Part shown: positions 25,601-32,000 of the stretch, piece by piece
Layout: each line of letters starts with the position of its first letter
Position numbering within the stretch: position 1 is the stretch's first letter
NCBI RefSeq assembly: GCF_000022265.1
Contig: NC_011979.1
Coordinates: forward strand, 2,010,001-2,042,000
Direction of reading: 5' to 3'
Length of the DNA: 32,000 bases
DNA from: Geotalea daltonii FRC-32
GTDB lineage: Bacteria; Desulfobacterota; Desulfuromonadia; Geobacterales; Geobacteraceae
Program-made: the position numbers and the translations under genes
Notes under the pieces: generated by a model
Told to the model about the DNA's origin: nothing
Seen by the model: the letters and a program-made list of their open reading frames with translations, nothing else
Database searches by the model: none

Positions 25601-27833
25601 CAAGGATGGAGGGGACAGCCACAACAGCGGCCGAATCTGTACCGGCTGCCATGAACACCGGTTTACCGACAGCCATGCTTCCAGGCAGAAATGCGACACC
25701 TGCCACCGCAACAAGGCCGTACCACGCCACAACGGCTTCAGCCTGCCGCGGGATTGCACAAAATGTCACAATGGTGCAGTGGGTGGACGTATAGACGTCA
25801 TGGGGCAGATGAAAGCATCGTCACATCACGTGCAAGGGGTAACGGTTACCAACAAGCACTGCTATGCCTGCCATTGGGAGGCCACCAGCCAGGGGCTCAT
25901 CGATCTCGACCATCATGCCGGGTACAACTACAAGCTCTACACATCAGTGAAGAAGCAGGCCTCGGACCTGGTCATCTGGGGACCCGGGGTAAGGCCCACC
26001 GCCTACCGCACCTATTCCACCATGGAGGGGAGGGCGACGGCACAGCCGTTTGTGGCCACCAACTTAAGCTTCGGCATTCTTTCCACCGAGCGGAAAGAGG
26101 TTAACAAGCTGACTAATGTCTGTCTCGGCTGTCACAGCGACCAGAACAACGATACCCAGCCGTTCGGCGACTGCAAGACGCCGCGCCAGTATGCCTGGGA
26201 CAGGCAGAGTATCGCCTCCCGCTATTCCCAGACCGGCACGACCACCTGGGGCAAGTACGCGGGCACTCCGGGCGCTTCCCAGAAGAACCAGGCCAAGGCC
26301 TTCTCCGCCCACGGTAATGCGGTGAACAACGCCGGAGGCGGCTGGGACACGACTCCTGCCTCGGAGAGCGGTGCGGAAACCGGCACCGGCAGTGACGGCA
26401 CCCTCACCAACAGCCGCGGTGGCGCCTACAATGTGGCTTGCTATGACTGCCACAGCTCCCATGGCTCGAAACTGGTAGGAGTCACCTCCAGCTACGCCGG
26501 TTTCAACGGGCTGAAAAACGGCGGGAACCTGAAAGAAACGGTAGCCGGCAAGGGGGGCTACATGAATAACTATAAGGCTGCCGACAACACCACCGGCATC
26601 AACCCGTACAGCGCCGGAGCGGGGCAGTGTTTCGACTGCCATGAATCGGCAACACCGGGCACCCAGACCCGTAACGGCAAGACACCCTGGGGCTACAGCA
26701 CCACCTTCGGCGCCACTTCGCCGATCATCGGCTATAAGGACACCCCGCGCTTCGGCCAAGGTGTCAAGGCCTCCACTGCCCGCTTCGCCTACCGCAACAG
26801 CAGGCAGACAATCATCGGCGGCCATATGAAGGCATCGGAGCCGAACGGATCTCTGCCGCACCTGGCTAAGGAAACGGGCACTGCCGCCGGCGGTACGACA
26901 AGCACCATAGAGGACGCTAAAGGATGGGCTGTCGATAAGTGGAGGAACTTCTACGCCCTCATAACCAGCGGCACCAATAGCGGCCAGGCACGGCGGATCA
27001 CCGGCAACAGCGCTGGAACCCTGACCATGGAACCCTTCGGCAACACCATCAATGCCGGCGACACCTACCAGATCGTCCCCTATGCCGCCAGCGTCGACGG
27101 CCTGTGCACCCCCTGCCATGATCCCCATGGGGTCAGCCCAATTCTGGGGGCGAACCAGGGTTACGCGGTTCCCATGCTGAAAGGCACCTGGCTGACCTCT
27201 CCCTACAAGGAGGATTTCACCGCTCCGGCGCCCTACGGCAATAACGTGACCAATGACAGCTCCGGCAACCCCCGTTCGTGGGGACGTTACCAGGGCAACC
27301 CCTATCCCACGCAGCCTTACGCCAATTACAACATCGACCGCAACACCTTCGGCGGCGCCAATAACCGTATGAAGGAGAACGACGAGCAGTTTGCCGGGTT
27401 ATGCGTCACCTGCCATAAGAAAGAGGTCCTCACCGACGGAATAAACAAGAACCAGAGCTGGAAATCCACCGACCGGATCCATGAATCGGTCAAGGGCTGG
27501 GGAGCCAATACCGAGCATTCCTACAGTTGTTCCAAATGTCATCAGCCCCACAACTCGGGCCTGCCCCGGTTGATGCGCATCAACTGCCTTGATTTCAACC
27601 ATCGCGGGAAAAAGGCCTCCGGCGGAGTGCCTTGGGCAGCCGACAAGCAGGACGGCAATGCCCACTGGCAGGGAGGGGGTGGAGGCCAGCACAGGGGTTA
27701 CCCTGTCGGCAACGTCTATAACGGTGCCGGCGGCGACGGTGAGGCGCTGACTGCCTGTCACCTGCGCAGGAACGAGCTTCCGGCCAATCCTTGGCCCAAC
27801 CAGAACCTGTGGAACAACGTGACGCCATGGTAG
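22614..27833 (+). CDS. Giant multihaem c-type cytochrome (1739 aa)
   Basis: N-terminal hydrophobic signal (IVTLVLVLVVMGVSVPAMPAVA-FQ). Hand count gives 29 CXXCH plus 7 C-X4-CH motifs. Five C-X4-CH...CXXCH pairs occur in aa 129-671. The alternative start GTG 22629 is in frame. Confidence 0.9.
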   Translation: MQGGGVGRIVTLVLVLVVMGVSVPAMPAVAFQCNDCHGQKGTADLRPVDESYRNITTGGFQGNHRSHMTAAATAASCAVCHPGSRDYTNGHRNDVISLSSSINGSRNTTTYNNRTSAHPQTSTPQLASCSNVNCHFEKDTPRWGSQMLAQPQDCNVCHGAPPADGGHPAGAGSGKKHGDYLGTDTDSCRHCHTDHRAGAAPFAHATSAGKRGLIVQFTTSPNSGGSYSGDVSYPTYLDNGSRTGTCNGIYCHSNGAPYDKSNEYRSPTWGGTLTCSGCHDSAGAQTGLSGRHGKHTAPTGYGFTCERCHRDTVTGSDTIIDTTLHVNASKNVALNSGGNYDSETRGCSNTYCHSNALGGAPTTGVKWSDTQELKCYSCHKGRTADNNATDCVQPVGGWDPSSQLCTPYINITTNGHSTLVGPQWVRKYPCYYCHDATVDGDGAIKDKSRHVNQQKDIQVASQWAIIGRPAPTYNGETKECDNVYCHSDGTGSPEVIRPLGWTGKDKSKCNSCHGHPQGTCSSSGCHDGRTDANGKTWTVRTGWAPGEEWKEAMPIYLNQGPGTSRANSHARHMQTNFTCDNCHDDTIRNGVCTDCHNGAAPSGTMRETAHINAQRHVNKSRDVVFKNNSGAFVVNPQNNNKSCSNTKCHRAGADPVWGESVNTTILCINCHGTTGQDVDDFSPFNGKQAKINLTEFNSSGHGRSASLGAYAWSGNPAANFPGNPCWYCHDNNVLHKDSENPFRLRRHAQYQKQFDHECVYCHMEGKESECLDCHNSTSSLAPQLSTITGRQDPYRPSHQGMTGGCLGTGCHETDDKRHKTGAGLWTAEQKEDVKNAYVMMGVCLKCHDDDSDDKCTSCHNNSQYTPGFDPGTGLVKAKSRATSMHFGYKHYRGFLASGGWSKDANGKTIGTWKGGKFCWDCHDPHGDSNIYMIQSKVATATDGKFGIPKTGARADVVFTQKVSGSDYAKVQDPQNPVPINGICNVCHDKANKQHYHKDGGDSHNSGRICTGCHEHRFTDSHASRQKCDTCHRNKAVPRHNGFSLPRDCTKCHNGAVGGRIDVMGQMKASSHHVQGVTVTNKHCYACHWEATSQGLIDLDHHAGYNYKLYTSVKKQASDLVIWGPGVRPTAYRTYSTMEGRATAQPFVATNLSFGILSTERKEVNKLTNVCLGCHSDQNNDTQPFGDCKTPRQYAWDRQSIASRYSQTGTTTWGKYAGTPGASQKNQAKAFSAHGNAVNNAGGGWDTTPASESGAETGTGSDGTLTNSRGGAYNVACYDCHSSHGSKLVGVTSSYAGFNGLKNGGNLKETVAGKGGYMNNYKAADNTTGINPYSAGAGQCFDCHESATPGTQTRNGKTPWGYSTTFGATSPIIGYKDTPRFGQGVKASTARFAYRNSRQTIIGGHMKASEPNGSLPHLAKETGTAAGGTTSTIEDAKGWAVDKWRNFYALITSGTNSGQARRITGNSAGTLTMEPFGNTINAGDTYQIVPYAASVDGLCTPCHDPHGVSPILGANQGYAVPMLKGTWLTSPYKEDFTAPAPYGNNVTNDSSGNPRSWGRYQGNPYPTQPYANYNIDRNTFGGANNRMKENDEQFAGLCVTCHKKEVLTDGINKNQSWKSTDRIHESVKGWGANTEHSYSCSKCHQPHNSGLPRLMRINCLDFNHRGKKASGGVPWAADKQDGNAHWQGGGGGQHRGYPVGNVYNGAGGDGEALTACHLRRNELPANPWPNQNLWNNVTPW

Positions 27834-27874
27834 TTGGTATGGACTCTCCCAGCGTGGATACGAGGAATGCGTTT

Positions 27875-30800
27875 ATGAATAGATCGACGACGGAAAAATG
27901 CCGGAACAAATGGGGTGCAGGCACCCTCCTTCTTATGGGGCTGCTCCTCCCGATGATGATGGTTTGGACCGGTACGGCCCTGGCCGCCGGTGGCGACCTG
28001 CTGTGGCAGGCGGGTGACCTGCAGGCAGGACGACAAATGCCGGTGGCCAGTGCCGTGGACGGCAATGGCAATGTTGTCGTCACCGGTTACCGCAACTTGG
28101 GTTCGGGTATCGACGACGACTTTTATACGGTGAAATTCAAGCAGGACGGCAGCGGCGTTGCCTGGACCGCTGCCTATGACGCTGCAGGCGGCTCTGACAG
28201 AGGGACGGCAATAGCGGTTGACCGGGACAACAACGTCATTGTCGCCGGCAATGCCTGGAACGGCCAAAATTACGATATCCGCGTCATCAAATACAGGGGG
28301 ACCCCTTCCGGGGCCGCTGCCGAGGTAATCTGGGCCGATACCTATGCCTATCCCGGTTCCCCCGGAGGGCAGGATTACGCCACCTCCCTGGTGGTGGACG
28401 GGGATAACAACATCTATGTGGGGGGGTACACCAACGGGGGAGGGAACGACGATTTCCTCATCGTCAAGTGGACAGCTGCCGGGGTTCGTGAGGCCGCCTG
28501 GCCCCTGATCGACAATGCCGGCAGCGGAGACGACCGCATCACCGTCCTTGCCCTTGCCGGCGACGGCATTGTTGCCGGCGGCTATTCCCAGAATGCCGGC
28601 GGCGACTTTGATTTTCTGGTGCGCAAATACGACTACAACCGGGGGCTGCTCTGGGAAAAGCGGCATTCTTCCCCGGGGAGCTTCGACGACCGGATCGTGG
28701 CCCTCAAACTGAACGGCGCAGGCGATGTCATCGCCACCGGCTATTTTACCGATGCCGTCGGCAAGCATATCAGCACCATCAAGCTGGCCGCGGCAAGCGG
28801 CAACTACCTCTGGACTCTGCCACGGGGAGAGCAGGTCTACAAAGGCGTTTACGAGGACGAACCCACTGCCGTCGCCCTGGATGCCGCCGGAGATATTTAT
28901 GTCACCGGTTATTCCTTTACCCTTGACGGCAAGCACGATTTCTTCACCGCCAGATACAGTGGCGCCACCGGCGATACGGTCTGGCAGAAAACCTTCAATT
29001 CCGGCAGCGACTACACGGATATTGCCACCGGTATCGTGGTGGACGAGGCGGGGGATGTCTCGGTTGCAGGTTATGCCGGCATCGAGGGGAGTTATGATTT
29101 TCAGACCGTCAAGTACCACAAGGGTTCCGGCGCCCAGCTCTGGACCCGGCGGTTCAACGGCAGTGCCAACAGGACCGACAAGGCGGTGGCCGTTGCCCTT
29201 TCCCCGGAGAGGGACCTCTACGTGGTCGGCTGGTCCGACAAAAACGGCGGGTCCAATGACTACGATTACTACCTGGTCAAATACGACTATGGCCGCATCA
29301 ATCCCCCCACCGGGCTTACGGCAGCCGCTGCTTCCGACACCTCGGTCAATCTGGCCTGGACCGATAACGCAGCCAACGAAGAGAAATTCGTCATAGAGCG
29401 CAAGCTGGGCGAGGGGGGAACCTGGGCCGCCATTTCGCCCGAACCGGCCCAGGATGTCCAGAGCCTGACCGACAGCAGCGGCCTTGCCCCCAACAACTAT
29501 TATTACTACAGGATCCGCGCCTACAACACGGCGAACGGCTATTCCAGCTACAGCAACGAAGCGAGGGTGTTAACCAAGGTCATCACCTATGGCGTGCCCG
29601 ACTGGACATTCGGCTACGGCGGGAGCAATGAAGACGTCGCCACCTCCGTCGCCGTCGGGGCGGACGACCACCCCGTCGTCACCGGTTACAGCAACCTGGT
29701 GGAATCGGGCACGGAACTGGATCCGGAGCCGACCGTCTCCTTTGATTACTATACACTGAAGGTGGACCGGGCCGCCAAGACGTCCCTGTGGCAGGCGCGC
29801 TACGACAGCGGTTCCGGCGGCAACGATAAAGCGGCGAGCGTGGCTGTGGATGCCGAGAAGAACGTTATCGTTACCGGTTCATCCCTGGTGCTCGGCACGG
29901 GTGCCCAGATGGGCGACCCCTACAGCGATGACCTCTATACCATCAAGTATCAGACCTATCAGGGCCCCAACGGCAGCGATACCCTCTCGCCTCCGCCGAC
30001 GCTGTGGGAGATGCAGTACGGAAACAAGGACGACCTTGACCGGGCAGTGATGGTCACCACGGCCACCGATGGCTCCAACAACGTGGTTGTCGTCGGTTTC
30101 GGCAAGAACAACGCCGTCCCCGGCAACGACGATATTAAAATCGTCAAGTACACCCCGGCAGGCACCATGGCCTGGACCCCGAAGGTGTACGACGGCGGCC
30201 GCAACGACTATCCCACCGGTGTTGCCATGGACGGCGCCGGAGACATCTTCGTCACCGGATTCAGCGAAAATGCCCAGGGAAGCACGGATTTCTTCACCGC
30301 CAAATACAGCGGCACCAACGGCACCCTGCTCTGGGCCGATACCTATGCCAATCCCGTCGCCGCCGGAGATGCCCGAGCCATGTCCATTGCCGTCGACAAG
30401 GCAGGCGATGCCTTTGTAACCGGCTACCTGGTCAACGACCAGACCCCTGCAAATCGCGATTTCTTCACCATCAAATATGCGGGCGCAGCCGATGCGGTCA
30501 AGAGGCGGGTGTGGGAAAAACGGTACCAGGGGGCAGGCAACGGCGACGACTGGGGTGTTGCGGTCAAGCTGGATCCAATCGACGGCGCGGTGGTCGTGGC
30601 CGGAACATCGTTCGCCACACCCGCCGAAACTGACATCCACCTCATCCGCTATCGTGGTACGGACGGAGAGGTGGTCTGGGAGAGGAACCTGGATCGTTCC
30701 GGCAGCTACGAATACCTTTCCGCCATGGAAATCGACTCTTCCGGTTACATCTATGCCGCCGGCAATACCCGCATTGGTCCCCAGGGAGATGCGGGGTACG

Positions 30801-32000
30801 ATGCCTCTTCCGACATGCTTTCGGTCATCTGGGATTTCGAGGGGACCTTCCTCGGCGCAAAGATCCATGACAACGGGGGCAAGCAGGATGAGGCCAGGAG
30901 CATTGCCGTCAACTACCAGGGAGAGGCATTCATCGCCGGCTTCAAACGTACCGCGGTAGGGGATGCCGACTATTCCCTGTTCAAGCACAAGAACGACTAT
31001 ATTCTGGTCCCGGCTCCCTTTGCCGCCGTTGCCCAGGCCGATTACAGCAAAATAAACCTCTCCTGGAGGGAGAATACCGGGGGCACCGGTTTCAGAATCG
31101 AGCGGACCTTTGGGCCGGCCAATGATGCCAGCACCTGGGAAAGCATCGGCACCTTTCCATCCGGAACCCTTACCCATCAGGACACCGGAAGGTCCGCCGG
31201 GGTCAGCTACTGCTACCGCATCGATGCCTTCTCCGGCAGCATCAGCTCCAGAAAGCTGATTACCTGCGTCACCACCACGCTTCCGGCACCGGTCCTCTCC
31301 CCACTCACCGTCGATTCCTCCAGCCAGATCAGCCTTTCATGGAGCAGCGTTCAGGGCAGCACCGGCTATCGCATCGAGCGCAAAACCGGAAGCGGCGGCA
31401 GCTGGGGAGTTGTTGCCGATAAGGGTGCAGGCGAGACTACCCACCAGGATTCGCCCCTGTCGCCGGGCACCACCTATTACTATCGCATCATGACCAACAG
31501 CCCCTCCGGCTATTCCCAGGCAGGCAACGAGAGCAGCGCCATTACCCGACCGGCAGCCCCAACCCTCAATGCCCCCACTGACGGCAACACGGCTAAGAAC
31601 CAGATCGCTCTGAATTGGAACGGGGTGACCGGTGCCGCCGCCTACACGCTGCAATTCAAAACCGAAGGAGGCGCCTGGGCCGATGCCGTCGGTTGTACTG
31701 CCATCACCGGCACCTCCTGCACGGTCAATTCCCTGGTCGACGACACCTTGTATTACTTCCAGTTGAAGGCTGCCAATGCCGGCGGTGATTCCGCCTGGAG
31801 CAACACGGTGCAGAAGTACACCAAGCTGGTGGAACCGACCCTGCTGACAGTGACTCCGGCTTCAACCGGCCAGCTGAACATCGGGTGGACCGACAACACC
31901 GACAAGGAAACCGGTTATGTGCTTGAGGAAGCATACTGCTACGATTCCAACAACAATCCTGCCAACTGCGGCATTAACGGTTGGTGGAGCGGCTGGACTG
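27875..32000 (+). CDS. Secreted giant SBBP-type beta-propeller / fibronectin-III repeat protein (more than 1375 aa, 3' end beyond the window)
   Basis: Not in the ORF track, because there is no stop in the window. GAGGA (27862-27866) lies 8 nt before ATG 27875. Signal peptide MNRSTTEKCRNKWGAGTLLLMGLLLPMMMVWTGTALA-AG. Repeats of the form D-x-A-x-x-V-A-V-D-x-x-G-N-V-x-V-T-G-Y ... DF/DY-x-T-V-K-Y ... G-x-x-L-W are SBBP-like. FN3-like modules begin near 29297, 31005, 31275, 31550 and 31835 (for example NLAWTDNAANEEKFVIERK ... YYYYRIRAYN). Confidence 0.85.
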   Translation, partial: MNRSTTEKCRNKWGAGTLLLMGLLLPMMMVWTGTALAAGGDLLWQAGDLQAGRQMPVASAVDGNGNVVVTGYRNLGSGIDDDFYTVKFKQDGSGVAWTAAYDAAGGSDRGTAIAVDRDNNVIVAGNAWNGQNYDIRVIKYRGTPSGAAAEVIWADTYAYPGSPGGQDYATSLVVDGDNNIYVGGYTNGGGNDDFLIVKWTAAGVREAAWPLIDNAGSGDDRITVLALAGDGIVAGGYSQNAGGDFDFLVRKYDYNRGLLWEKRHSSPGSFDDRIVALKLNGAGDVIATGYFTDAVGKHISTIKLAAASGNYLWTLPRGEQVYKGVYEDEPTAVALDAAGDIYVTGYSFTLDGKHDFFTARYSGATGDTVWQKTFNSGSDYTDIATGIVVDEAGDVSVAGYAGIEGSYDFQTVKYHKGSGAQLWTRRFNGSANRTDKAVAVALSPERDLYVVGWSDKNGGSNDYDYYLVKYDYGRINPPTGLTAAAASDTSVNLAWTDNAANEEKFVIERKLGEGGTWAAISPEPAQDVQSLTDSSGLAPNNYYYYRIRAYNTANGYSSYSNEARVLTKVITYGVPDWTFGYGGSNEDVATSVAVGADDHPVVTGYSNLVESGTELDPEPTVSFDYYTLKVDRAAKTSLWQARYDSGSGGNDKAASVAVDAEKNVIVTGSSLVLGTGAQMGDPYSDDLYTIKYQTYQGPNGSDTLSPPPTLWEMQYGNKDDLDRAVMVTTATDGSNNVVVVGFGKNNAVPGNDDIKIVKYTPAGTMAWTPKVYDGGRNDYPTGVAMDGAGDIFVTGFSENAQGSTDFFTAKYSGTNGTLLWADTYANPVAAGDARAMSIAVDKAGDAFVTGYLVNDQTPANRDFFTIKYAGAADAVKRRVWEKRYQGAGNGDDWGVAVKLDPIDGAVVVAGTSFATPAETDIHLIRYRGTDGEVVWERNLDRSGSYEYLSAMEIDSSGYIYAAGNTRIGPQGDAGYDASSDMLSVIWDFEGTFLGAKIHDNGGKQDEARSIAVNYQGEAFIAGFKRTAVGDADYSLFKHKNDYILVPAPFAAVAQADYSKINLSWRENTGGTGFRIERTFGPANDASTWESIGTFPSGTLTHQDTGRSAGVSYCYRIDAFSGSISSRKLITCVTTTLPAPVLSPLTVDSSSQISLSWSSVQGSTGYRIERKTGSGGSWGVVADKGAGETTHQDSPLSPGTTYYYRIMTNSPSGYSQAGNESSAITRPAAPTLNAPTDGNTAKNQIALNWNGVTGAAAYTLQFKTEGGAWADAVGCTAITGTSCTVNSLVDDTLYYFQLKAANAGGDSAWSNTVQKYTKLVEPTLLTVTPASTGQLNIGWTDNTDKETGYVLEEAYCYDSNNNPANCGINGWWSGWT

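Noticed and set aside
23955-27128. Minus-strand ORFs 23955..25769 (604 aa) and 26064..27128 (354 aa) inside the cytochrome gene
   Set aside because: They are Gly/Ala/Val/Pro-rich antisense translations without signal peptides or motifs. The plus frame carries dozens of regularly spaced haem-binding motifs.
18079-27833. High density of N-x-S/T sequons in the surface protein and cytochrome as a hint of N-glycosylation
   Set aside because: Both proteins are simply very rich in Asn, Ser and Thr. Few sequons have the acidic -2 residue (D/E-x-N-x-S/T) required by PglB-type systems, and no glycosylation genes are in the window.
27758-31177. Minus-strand ORFs 27758..29119 (453 aa) and 29879..31177 (432 aa)
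   Set aside because: They are shadows of the open-ended plus-strand SBBP/FN3 gene, with no RBS, signal peptide or domain logic and low-complexity Gly/Asp/Ile/Val composition.
1-32000. Search for tRNA, rRNA, CRISPR repeats, IS elements, integrases or toxin-antitoxin pairs
   Set aside because: I saw no cloverleaf-like segments, no spaced direct repeats of 25-40 bp, no transposase- or integrase-like translations and no terminal inverted repeats in any intergenic region.

Overview
The window reads like a Geobacter-type (Desulfuromonadales) chromosome segment. The taxon is an inference from three things: roughly 58-62% GC in most genes, heavy sigma-54/PAS-kinase signalling content, and a multihaem cytochrome carrying the C-X4-CH...CXXCH module typical of Geobacter.

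Layout:
(1) 1-5.2 kb: 3' end of an ammonium transporter, a sensor-less histidine kinase behind a sigma-54-type promoter, an inositol monophosphatase-family gene, a PLP aminotransferase and a sigma-54-dependent response regulator.
(2) 5.4-13.6 kb: three paralogous REC-less PAS histidine kinases with a stand-alone FIST (NosP-like) protein wedged between the last two.
(3) 13.6-17.5 kb: a convergent GGDEF cyclase, a lipoprotein and CorA.
(4) 17.6-32 kb: an accessory-looking extracytoplasmic locus. On the minus strand it holds a small secreted protein and a 1186-aa Ig/HYR surface protein. A 513-bp AT-rich control region follows. On the plus strand it holds a 1739-aa cytochrome and, 41 nt downstream, a secreted beta-propeller(SBBP)/FN3 protein of more than 1375 aa. 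By hand count the cytochrome has 29 CXXCH and 7 C-X4-CH motifs. The SBBP/FN3 protein runs off the window and is missing from the supplied ORF track.

I saw no rRNA, tRNA, CRISPR array, transposase or integrase. The most interesting candidate is the mega-cytochrome plus propeller/FN3 pair with its divergent surface-protein operon. The second is the one-regulator / three-kinase / FIST signalling cluster. All family assignments are from motif recognition by eye; no database search was possible.
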